A stretch of DNA of 64,000 nt from IMG/VR virus record IMGVR_UViG_3300021964_000024, positions 1 to 64,000 of that record; one strand, written 5' to 3'. Positions within the stretch are counted from its first letter, which is position 1. Each line of letters begins with the position of its first letter. Below are positions 1 through 9,400 of the stretch, piece after piece. The notes below the pieces were generated by a model that had not been told where the DNA came from, made no database searches, and saw only the letters and a list, made by a program, of their open reading frames with translations. The position numbers and the translations under genes are program-made. Origin of the DNA: a virus.

Positions 1-3000
1 GCGGGGAAGTTCTGATATAACAAGTTTGATTGATCTGAGTAACGAGGTTGTCCTGCAGCCGCAGTAAATGTCACAACACTATCACGAGTCGATGTACGAG
101 TATATGCACTGACACGGTTTCTTACACTGGTGCGACTGTATGCAGAGAATCTGGTTCTCGTTGAAATACGAGTGTACGCAGAAACTCTGTTACGAGTACT
201 GATTCGAGTGTAAGCACTTACACGGTTTCTAGTATAATCTGTTGCACGAGTTCTACTGTATGCAGAGTATCTTGTTCTCGTTGAAATACGGGTACTGTCA
301 CGAGTATAGGCAGATGGACGAGTACGGGTACTGATTCGAGTATAGTTACCCGTAAAGTTACCCGCATAGAATCCGGTACGCACATAGTCACCCACGAAGT
401 TACCCGCATAGAATCCTATGCGAGTGTAGTTACCCGTGAAGTCACCTGCATAGAATCCTATACGAGTGTATGGTAAAATACGAGTTGACGTTCTTGTACT
501 GATACGAGTATAGTTACCTGTATACGACAGAATTCTAGTATAGTTACCTGTGTAATACAGAATTCTAGTATAGTTACCAGTGTAGTATACAATACGTGAG
601 TAGTTTCCAGTGAAGTTACCTGCATAGTAACCAGTACGCACATAGTTACCAGTATAGTTTACAATACGAGTGTAATTTCCAGTGAAGTTACCTGCGTAAT
701 AAAGAGTACGTGAGTAGTTACCAGTAAAGTTACCCGCATAGTAACCAGTACGCACATAATCACCCGTAAAATAATTACCTGTCTTTGGCCCGAATCGATC
801 ACGAGTATAGTTCAATATACGAGTTGATGTACGAGTCGATATACGAGTGTATGAAGCAGCCGCTGCTCTAGTTCGAGTTGATATACGAGTGTAAGCAACA
901 GTTGCGGGTCTAACACGAGTATATGCCAGAATACGAGTTGACGTTCTTGTACTGATACGAGTATATGCAACAGTTGCAGCACGTGCACGAGTGTACGTTC
1001 CGGTTGCGGTACGTATTCGAGTATAGGTGCCTGTCGCAGTACGAATACGAGTATAGTTTCCAGTGAAGTTACCTGCATAATAACCTGTACGGTTATACGT
1101 CAAAATACGAGTTGACGTGCGGGTAGATATTCTGGTATAATCTAAGATACGTGTACTAGTTCGAGTACTTGTTCTTTGATAGTTAAGAATTCTTGTTGAG
1201 GTACGTGTTGAGATACGAGTATAGTTTCCAGTATAGTTACCTGCAAAGTTACGGGAATAGTTACCTACAAAGTTGCCTGTATAGTTCCCTACAAATCCAC
1301 GTGCATAGTTCCCTACGAAATTACCAATATAGTTACCAACAAAAGTTCTGCTGTAGTTACCCGTATAATTTCCGACAAAAGTTCTAGAATAGTTACCTGT
1401 GTAGTTACCCGCAAATCCACGTGAGTAGTTACCGACATAGTTACCTACAAAGGTTCTAGAATAGTTACCTGCAAAGTTACCAGAGTATGCAAGAATCTCA
1501 TCACGAGTATATGTAGAAATACGACCACGTGTACTAGTTCGAGTATAGGTAGAAAAACGAGTACGTGCAGAAATACGTGTAGAAGTACGTGCGTAGTTAC
1601 CTACGTAGTTTCCTGCAAATCCACGTGCGTAGTTACCGACAAATGTTCTGGAGTAGTTACCGACAAATGTTCTTGAGTAATTACCTACGAAGTCACCCGT
1701 GAAAGTGACAAGACGATCAATTATATATGCAGAAGGACGACCACGTGTGTAATTACCTACAAAGTCACCTGCATAGTTCGAGGGACGTGTTCTAGTGTAA
1801 GTTGACACACGAGTTCTAGTGTAGTTTCCTACAAAGTTACCTGCGTAAGTAGAGTTTCTAGTTCTGGTGTATGTAGATACTCTGGTACGTGAGTAGTTAC
1901 CTATAAAGTTACCCACGAATGTAGTTGTATAATCATCAATATATATTGATGATCGAGTTCTAGTATAAGTCGATACACGAGTTCTTGTACTGTTACGAGT
2001 GTAAGCAGATACACGGTTCCTTGCATAGTTACCTATGTAATCGCCCAAGAATCCTCTGGTACTGGTTCTGGTATATGCACTTGATCTGTTTCGTGTATAT
2101 GCAGAAACTCTGGTTCTACTGTAAGTATCAGAGTAAGTGGACACACGAGTACGACTATAATTACCGACAAAGTTACCAATGTAGTTGCCGATAAAGTCCG
2201 TGGTATATGCAGAAGTACGAGTTCTGGTGTATGAACTAATACGGTTACGTGTACTGTTTCTGGTGTATGTAGAAAAACGAGTACGAGCGTAATTGCCTAT
2301 GAAGTTACCGACAAACGTATTGAGACTATCACGAGTGTAAGTCGAGATACGATTTCTACTGTAGTTACCTAAAAAGTTTCTTGAGAATGTGTTCGTGCTA
2401 TTACGAGTATAAGTTGAGACACGGTTTCTTGAATAGTTTCCAGTATACTCTCCTGCGTAATCTCCTGCAAAACCACGAGTGTAGTCACCAATGAAATTAC
2501 GGGAGAAGTTACCTATGTAATCCCCAATGAAATCACGAGCGAAATTTTGAGTACTGTTTCTAGTGTACGTTGAACCACGAGTACGGGTGTAAGCTGATCC
2601 ACGAGTTCTCGCATATGAGGATGCACGAGTACGAGTATATGCAACCTCAGAAGTTGTTCGTCTGGTATTAGTCGCAGTCCCTTTGGATGCCCAAGTTCCT
2701 GCAGCGGTTGGTGCACCTTGAGTAGCAGAGCGTAACTGATACGATCCAATTGCACCTGATACACCACGCAATGTTTTACAGTGTTGACCCAGTGTAAACT
2801 TGATCTGCGGATCAGTCATCTCTTGAAGACCACCAAATGATCCTGCCGAGTCTGATCCTATGAGACCTACCGATTGGATTTGTGTCGGTGCGGTCATTGC
2901 TGTTCGTTTGTAGATGTTATAAGTCGATATAGTACCATTGGCGGTAGTGTCTTCGAAGACTCCAGAAATGTGAGTTGAGTAATCACCACTTGGAGAAGAA

Positions 3001-3443
3001 GAACCTAATTTATATACGCCTGGGTAATCAGATGTCGCAATACGTGAGTTCAGACGTGTACACAAAGTGTCCATGTCTGAGTCTGTAAACTCATGAAGAC
3101 CTACGTTTCCGGATGCATTCCATCCGGCGGGACGAACGTAATTTGCATTACTCAGATCACCTGCAGTAATGTTACCACCCTTTTGATACAGAGTAGTTGT
3201 AGTTGATCCGGAAGTAATTGCAGATGCGGGATGAGTACCGTCTGGTTCGTTGTAAAAAGTATCAACAAAAGAACCTATGTTGGTTCCTTGAGCATTTACG
3301 TTTAGAGATCCGTTACCTGTAACCCCTGCTTCACCTAACTTTAATCCCGCCTGATAGGCCAAATAGTTCTCTTCCGTAGGAGTCATCTCCTTCAGATCAC
3401 CATTTGTTCCTTCTAATTTTAGTGGGATATTAGACGCAGCCAC
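1..3443 (-). CDS. Self-complementary tetrapeptide-repeat virion fibre protein, paralog 1 (>1147 aa, runs off the left end; absent from ORF track)
   Basis: Hand translation from GTG at 3443 gives MAASNIPLKLEGTNGDLKEMTPTEENYLAYQAG..., homologous to the N-terminus of 3493..6411. The frame is open to position 1. Repeats start at 2639 (YTRT RASS ... FVGN YSRT). A late promoter lies at 3478-3485. Confidence 0.9.
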   Translation of the reverse strand, partial: MAASNIPLKLEGTNGDLKEMTPTEENYLAYQAGLKLGEAGVTGNGSLNVNAQGTNIGSFVDTFYNEPDGTHPASAITSGSTTTTLYQKGGNITAGDLSNANYVRPAGWNASGNVGLHEFTDSDMDTLCTRLNSRIATSDYPGVYKLGSSSPSGDYSTHISGVFEDTTANGTISTYNIYKRTAMTAPTQIQSVGLIGSDSAGSFGGLQEMTDPQIKFTLGQHCKTLRGVSGAIGSYQLRSATQGAPTAAGTWASKGTATNTRRTTSEVAYTRTRASSYARTRGSAYTRTRGSTYTRNSTQNFARDFIGDYIGNFSRNFIGDYTRGFAGDYAGEYTGNYSRNRVSTYTRNSTNTFSRNFLGNYSRNRISTYTRDSLNTFVGNFIGNYARTRFSTYTRNSTRNRISSYTRTRTSAYTTDFIGNYIGNFVGNYSRTRVSTYSDTYSRTRVSAYTRNRSSAYTRTSTRGFLGDYIGNYARNRVSAYTRNSTRTRVSTYTRTRSSIYIDDYTTTFVGNFIGNYSRTRVSTYTRTRNSTYAGNFVGNYTRTRVSTYTRTRPSNYAGDFVGNYTRGRPSAYIIDRLVTFTGDFVGNYSRTFVGNYSRTFVGNYARGFAGNYVGNYARTSTRISARTRFSTYTRTSTRGRISTYTRDEILAYSGNFAGNYSRTFVGNYVGNYSRGFAGNYTGNYSRTFVGNYTGNYSRTFVGNYIGNFVGNYARGFVGNYTGNFVGNYSRNFAGNYTGNYTRISTRTSTRILNYQRTSTRTSTRILDYTRISTRTSTRILTYNRTGYYAGNFTGNYTRIRTATGTYTRIRTATGTYTRARAATVAYTRISTRTSTRILAYTRVRPATVAYTRISTRTRAAAASYTRISTRTSTRILNYTRDRFGPKTGNYFTGDYVRTGYYAGNFTGNYSRTLYYAGNFTGNYTRIVNYTGNYVRTGYYAGNFTGNYSRIVYYTGNYTRILYYTGNYTRILSYTGNYTRISTRTSTRILPYTRIGFYAGDFTGNYTRIGFYAGNFVGDYVRTGFYAGNFTGNYTRISTRTRPSAYTRDSTRISTRTRYSAYSRTRATDYTRNRVSAYTRISTRNRVSAYTRISTRTRFSAYSRTSVRNRVSAYTRTSTRDSVVTFTAAAGQPRYSDQSNLLYQNFP

Positions 3444-3477
3444 GAATCACTCTTTTTATCAAAATTAAACCTATCTC

Positions 3478-3485
3478 TATTTATA
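3478..3485 (-). promoter_or_regulatory. T4-type late promoter TATAAATA
   Basis: Exact consensus 35 nt upstream of the GTG at 3443. Confidence 0.85.
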
Positions 3486-3492
3486 AGTTTAT

Positions 3493-6411
3493 TTAGGCTG
3501 TACGAACATATAACGTATATGTGTCAACGGCAAGTACCGTGTTGCCGATTGTTTGACCTACGTAATCTCCTATAAAGCTTCTTGAATAATTTCCTACAAA
3601 CGTGCGTGAGTAGTTACCAGTATAGTTCCCCGCAAAACCACGAGAGAAATTTTGAGTACTGTTTCTAGTATATGTAGAGACTCTTGTACGAGTAAAGTCT
3701 CTCGTTGATGTACGAGTTGAATCTAAAGTACTGTTTCTAGTGTATGCACTTATACGAGTTCTGGTATAGTTACCAAGGAAGTCGCCAGTGTAGTTACCTG
3801 TATAATCTCCCACATATGCTCTAGCGTAATTGCCGACATACGCAGACGGTCTGGTTCTTGCGAAAGAACTTGTTCTGTTAACCCTTGTGTAATTACTGAC
3901 ATAGTTACCCGTGTAATTTCCTGCGAATCCACGTGTATAATTTCCTACGTAAGCTGCATCAATTGTGTAGGAAGACACTCTGGTTCTATTGTACGAAGAA
4001 AGACGAGTACGAGTCGAGGTTCTTGTACTAATACGAGTATAGTTTCCTATATAGTCACCCGCAAAGTTACGAGTGTAATCACCCACGTAGTTACCTGCAA
4101 AGTTACGAGTAAAGTTCCTTGCATAGTTACCTGTATAGTTGGGTATGTAATCACCTACGTAGTTACCCGTAAAGGTTCTGTTGTAGTTACCCACGAATGC
4201 ACGAGCGTAATTACCAACATACGCACGTGAAAAATCTTGAGTGAAGTTTCCTCCAATATAGTCACCTGTGTACACGTCCTCGTTGATGTAATCACCTACG
4301 TAGTTACCTGCAAAGTTACGAGAGTAAGTAGAAGATCGATTTGCTGTACTATCTCTAGTATAGTCACCAATAAAGAATCCAGTACTATCACGAGTATAGG
4401 CAGAGAACCTAGTTGTGGTGAAGTTACGAGCGAAACCACCGGCACCATAATCACCAATAAAATCACCAGTGTAATAGAATGTAGACGCTCTATCTCTGGT
4501 AAAGACCTGTCCAGATTTAGGTTCTCCTACGTAGTCACCAGTATAGTATACTGTATTGGTACTTGTTGCTGTACGATTACGAGTATAAGAGAGACCGGCA
4601 TAATCACCAATGTAATCAACATTTCTAGTAAATACAGATTCACCTGTTTTTCTAGTAGTCACAAATCCAGTATATTCAAAAACGGATGTTCTGGTTCGAG
4701 TGTAATTAGGTATAAAGAGTCTAGAGAAATTACCTGTAAACGATCTCGAATAATTACCTGCATATTGTACTACCCTATCTCTTGCATACTCACCAATGAA
4801 ATTGCCAGCAAAGTTGCGTGAGTAGCTAGACACTCTAGTACGTGTAGAGGTACGAGTAAAATTCGAAGACCTAGTTCGAGTGTAATTTCTAGAGAAGTTA
4901 CCTGTAAAGTTTCTGGTATAGTTACCCGCATAGTTACGAGTGTAATCACCTGCGTAAGAAGATGGTCTAGTACGTGTTGACGTTCTAGTAAACCCTACAG
5001 TTCTTGTATAATCATCACTGTAGTTTCTAGCATAATTCGATACACGAGTACGTGTAGAAGTACGAGTATAATTCGAGGGACGGGTTCTGGTTGAAGTCCT
5101 CGTGTAATTACCTAAGTAGTTACCGGCAAAATTACCTGCGAATCCACGACTATAGTTACCAATAAAATCCCTAGAGAAGGTAGAAAATCTGTCTCTGGTA
5201 TATGCAGAAGTTCTAGTGCGTGTTGATACTCTAGTAAAGTTACCGGCATAGTTACCCGTATATCCATCAGGGTCAGTATAGTTACCTATGAAATTACGTG
5301 AGTATTCACCTGCAAAATTACGAGAGTAAGTGCCTATGTAAGTGTCTGAAAAAACACTAGTACTATTACGAGTATAATTACCTAAGAAGTTACGTGAGTA
5401 GTTACCAGTAAAGTCTCCGGTATAGTTACCAATATAATCTGCAGTATAGTCACCAATAAAGTTTCTGGTATAGTTACCTGTAAAGTCACCAAGATAATTT
5501 GATGTTCTGGTTCTAGTAGAGACTCTAGTATATGCACTTGATCTGTTTATAGTATACGTAGAAACTCTTGATCGAGTATAGTTCTGTTCGTCTACTAGAC
5601 GAATTGTATTTGTTGCAGTTCCTTTTGATACCCATGTACCTACTGCGGGTGCACCCTGAGTTGCAGTACGAATTAAATAAGATCCAAGGTTATCTTGAAT
5701 CGCTCTACGAGTCTTTGCACGTTGTCCAAGAGTGACCTTAACTTGACGATCAGTTACTTTCTGTAATCCTTGATATGTACCAGACGATCCACTACTTCTC
5801 TTAATCGACATGATAGCAGATTCACCATTCTTATCGTCACGAATAGAAGTGGGTGCGGTCATAGAAGTTCTACGCCAGACACTATAATCGTTGATCGTAA
5901 ATGCACTACCTGAACTGTCTGCACGTTGATCCACAAGAATACTTGGAACCAATATATCCCAGTCAGCACTAGGACGGGTTGCAGAAAGTCTCAGAGAGCC
6001 AGGATACTCAGATTGTGCAATTCGAACGTTTAGATCGTCTACGAGAGTGTTCAGATTAGAACTGTTCATCTCATAGACATCACCGTCAAAGTGTGCTACA
6101 GGTAATCGGAAATCACTATCGGTTTCTGCCGCAGTACCGTTGATCTGATATATGCTTTGTGACGTAGTAACAACAGACTGTTGATCGTATGGGTGAGTTC
6201 CTACAGGTTCAGGAAAGTACGTATCGGTCAGTGTACCAATAAGTCGGTTGCCAGTAGATGTGGTTGTAAGAAGACCGACATCTGAACTATCGGCCACAGC
6301 ATTATGACTACCTACTAAGTATGCAAGGTAGTTTTTCTCTGCAGAGGTGATCTGTTGTAGCTTACCATCACTGTCTTTTAACTTTAACGGTAATGCCTTA
6401 TTATCCGACAT
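3493..6411 (-). CDS. Self-complementary tetrapeptide-repeat virion fibre protein, paralog 2 (972 aa)
   Basis: About 277 aa globular N-domain, then about 670 aa of [YF]xG[ND] / xTRx / RxSx units, then a short C-terminal strand; lies in the tail-fibre region. Confidence 0.85.
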   Translation of the reverse strand: MSDNKALPLKLKDSDGKLQQITSAEKNYLAYLVGSHNAVADSSDVGLLTTTSTGNRLIGTLTDTYFPEPVGTHPYDQQSVVTTSQSIYQINGTAAETDSDFRLPVAHFDGDVYEMNSSNLNTLVDDLNVRIAQSEYPGSLRLSATRPSADWDILVPSILVDQRADSSGSAFTINDYSVWRRTSMTAPTSIRDDKNGESAIMSIKRSSGSSGTYQGLQKVTDRQVKVTLGQRAKTRRAIQDNLGSYLIRTATQGAPAVGTWVSKGTATNTIRLVDEQNYTRSRVSTYTINRSSAYTRVSTRTRTSNYLGDFTGNYTRNFIGDYTADYIGNYTGDFTGNYSRNFLGNYTRNSTSVFSDTYIGTYSRNFAGEYSRNFIGNYTDPDGYTGNYAGNFTRVSTRTRTSAYTRDRFSTFSRDFIGNYSRGFAGNFAGNYLGNYTRTSTRTRPSNYTRTSTRTRVSNYARNYSDDYTRTVGFTRTSTRTRPSSYAGDYTRNYAGNYTRNFTGNFSRNYTRTRSSNFTRTSTRTRVSSYSRNFAGNFIGEYARDRVVQYAGNYSRSFTGNFSRLFIPNYTRTRTSVFEYTGFVTTRKTGESVFTRNVDYIGDYAGLSYTRNRTATSTNTVYYTGDYVGEPKSGQVFTRDRASTFYYTGDFIGDYGAGGFARNFTTTRFSAYTRDSTGFFIGDYTRDSTANRSSTYSRNFAGNYVGDYINEDVYTGDYIGGNFTQDFSRAYVGNYARAFVGNYNRTFTGNYVGDYIPNYTGNYARNFTRNFAGNYVGDYTRNFAGDYIGNYTRISTRTSTRTRLSSYNRTRVSSYTIDAAYVGNYTRGFAGNYTGNYVSNYTRVNRTSSFARTRPSAYVGNYARAYVGDYTGNYTGDFLGNYTRTRISAYTRNSTLDSTRTSTRDFTRTRVSTYTRNSTQNFSRGFAGNYTGNYSRTFVGNYSRSFIGDYVGQTIGNTVLAVDTYTLYVRTA

Positions 6412-6427
6412 TCTACTTCCTACTTTG

Positions 6428-9400
6428 TTAGTTTAGTAGAGTGCCACTCTCATCATAGATTAGGACAGCCCTACTTGCTAGTTCGTTCAACGCATTAACG
6501 ATATTATCATTATTTATACTCGCAGTAGCGAAGAATCCACCGTCCGTACTTGAGTCTAAATTATACAGTTTTCCAACTCTTGAGTCAAGTTCCGCAATGT
6601 CACTGTCATTTGAGACTATATCAGCATGGAGTTCGTTGATACCACCCGCAACATCTTGTGCAGTAGTATCAAGGTTTTCGTCTGTATGAAGAGCACGTCC
6701 ATGAATCTCGACTTTACTTGCAGTCATCTCCACCGCAAGAGTAGATCCAGACCAGATATCTAGTTCACCACTACTGTTCTGTAAACGACCAAACTGAGTT
6801 CCTGCATCCTTGAGGTATATGTCACCACCATCTGCATCAAGAGTGATATCTCCTGCAACATCATATGTCAAGGATCCTACAACATCAATCTCTTGGTTGG
6901 TGCCAAGGTTGTAGGTCAACTTAGTTACTGCATTATCCTTAAAGAATATATCCGCACCGTTTGCATCTAGTACGATGTCACCGTCTGCATCCAATGTGAT
7001 ATTGGATCCTGCAGTGATAGTTGTGTTACCACCTGAAGTGATACTCTGGGTTGTTCCTGCAGTTGATGCAATTGCACCTGTCGCAATCTCTGAGATACTT
7101 GCAGCACTATCTGTTAGTGCACCAGTTATAGTGTTTGCATGGTTTCCTGTGGTTGCAACAGTATTTGTTGTACCTAAAGTATAACCGATACGGGTTGTAC
7201 CCGCATCCTTTAAGGTGATGTTGTCACCACCTGCATCTAATACTATATCACCTGCAACGTCAAGTGTCAAGTTACCAGATGGAACATCAATCTCTTTGTT
7301 TGTTCCTGCAATGAATTCGAACTGAGTAGTACCGTTGTCTTTGATGTAGGTGTTCCCACCATCAGCATCAAGAGTAATGTCTCCTGTTGCGTCTACGATA
7401 AAGTTACCAGATACGTCTACCTCTTGATCAGTACCAAGATTCCAAGTAAGCTTTGTTACACCTGCTTGTTTGAAGTAGATATCATCTCCGTCTACGTCAA
7501 GAGAAATATCTCCGGACGCATCTACTACAAAGTCCCCAGTCACATTGTGGGTTTGCCCCAATGACGTTGTAGTCAAAGTACCTAAAGTAGTACTTGACAT
7601 ATTTCCAGTAGATGTTATACTGTATGTACCATTCGCTGAATCAGAATAGTTACCTGATACTGTACGGTCTAGATTACCAGTGACATCCAGAGTATTCGTT
7701 GCACCCATACCATACGCAAATCGTGTAGTACCTGCGTCTTTGAAATCAATGTCTGCACCGTTTGCATCAAGGACAATATCCCCTTCTGCATCTACAGTAA
7801 AGTTACCCTCTGCATCAATAAGAGCATTACCCCCTGCAGCGATAGTAGCGTTACCATCGGCAGTCATGGCGATTGCACTGTTAGTATATACAGTGAATCC
7901 ATCGGATGCATTTATTGTACGGATACCGGATGCTGAGTCGGTGTGATCACCAGTAACATCCATTGTGTAATTACTAGATACCGTTTGTGCAAGTGATCCA
8001 GTTACATCTAAAGTATTGGCAGCACCCATACCATATGCAAAACGAACAGTCGTACCATCTTTTAGGTCGATGTCACCACCGCCAGCATCTAGAACGATAT
8101 CAGTTTCAACGTCATAGGTCAGAGATCCTGCAACATCAATCTCTTGATCTGCACCTAAGTTATACGTAAACTTGGTCTGACCACCGTCTTGAAAATAGAT
8201 GTCTGCACCGTGAGTATCCAAAGTGATATCATCAGATGCATCTACTTTATAAGTTCCGGTCACTGTATGGAGTTGTGCACCAGACTTAGTGTTGAATGTG
8301 CCAGAAGTGCTAACGTCAGTGTTTCCAGTCGCACCGATATGATACGTACCTGCTGCACTGTCTGAGTAATTACCCGATACGGTTTGTGTTAGGTTTCCAG
8401 TGACATCAAGTGTATTGGAAGCACCCAACCCGTATTCAAAACGAGAGTTTCCATTATTTTTGAAGGTAATGTCGGTTCCACCGGCATCAAGTACAATATC
8501 TTGAGCAACATCAAGAGTATATCCTGTTGCTCCGGACACGGTATGTAAATAGTTTCCTGTGGATGCTAACGTTAATCCCGATCCACCTAATGTGTAGGTT
8601 TGATGATCCCCACCATTCAATTGAAGTTTAAAGACATCATTAAGTTGGAAAGTGACATTGCCCTCAACATCCGCAAGATAGTTTCCACGGACAATATGTG
8701 TCTGACCATAACTAAGAGTATCTAAAGCACCAGTAGCACCAATATGGTAGGTGCCATTTGCACTGTCTGACATATTACCAGATGTGGTCTGAGTAAGATT
8801 ACCTGTAATGTCTAATGTGTTGGTTGTACCAAGTCCATATTCGAAACGAGAAACACCTGCGTGTTTAAAGTCGATATCGTTACCACCTGCGTCGAGAACA
8901 ATGTCTCCCGCAACGTCATAAGTCAAAGAACCTGCTACGTCTACTTCTTGGTTTGTACCCAAGTTGTAAGTAAATTTGGTTGTTCCTGCTTGCTTAAAGT
9001 AGATGTCATCTCCATCTACGTCAAGTGTAATATCTCCTACTGCATCTACGATGTAGTTAGAAGGTGCAGCAATTGTGAAGTCTGCGTTATCTGCAAGAGT
9101 GTGAGTTACAGTATCAGCACCCGCACCGTTCTTAAATACGATGTCGTTGCCGTCTGCATCAAGAGTGATGTCTCCACTTGCATCTATTAATACGTTACCA
9201 GTTACCGTGGCAGTCAGATTACCACCAGAGGTAAAGTCCATGGTGCCAGTTGCGTTCAGATCATATAGACCAGAAACGTCAATATCATAAGCACCAGTTA
9301 CGTTCTGGTAGTTGGTTGTACCTAAAGTAAATGCAATGCGATTGACTGAATCATCAAGGAAATTGATGTTCGATCCACCTGCATCTAAATTGATATCTGC

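Noticed and set aside
81-1487. DNA inverted repeat or RNA hairpin explaining the mirror symmetry
   Set aside because: The reverse complement of GN-unit codons (e.g. GTTACCAGTATA) does not match the TR-unit codons on the other arm; the symmetry is at the amino-acid level.
218-4821. Short ORFs in the track (218..409, 458..643, 812..1078, 1193..1387, 1985..2194, 2513..2767, 3750..3932, 4237..4821)
   Set aside because: They are off-frame or antisense shadows of the two repeat genes.
1-5600. CRISPR array or non-coding tandem repeat (recurring tagttacc / acgagt words)
   Set aside because: The repeats are codon-phased, vary at synonymous positions and lie in open frames; there is no constant repeat with unique spacers.
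1-6411. Repeat proteins as RiPP precursors for the radical SAM enzymes
   Set aside because: They have late promoters, a tail-module location and a folded N-domain, and no protease or transporter is nearby; the long-range pairing is better explained structurally. Post-translational modification is not excluded.
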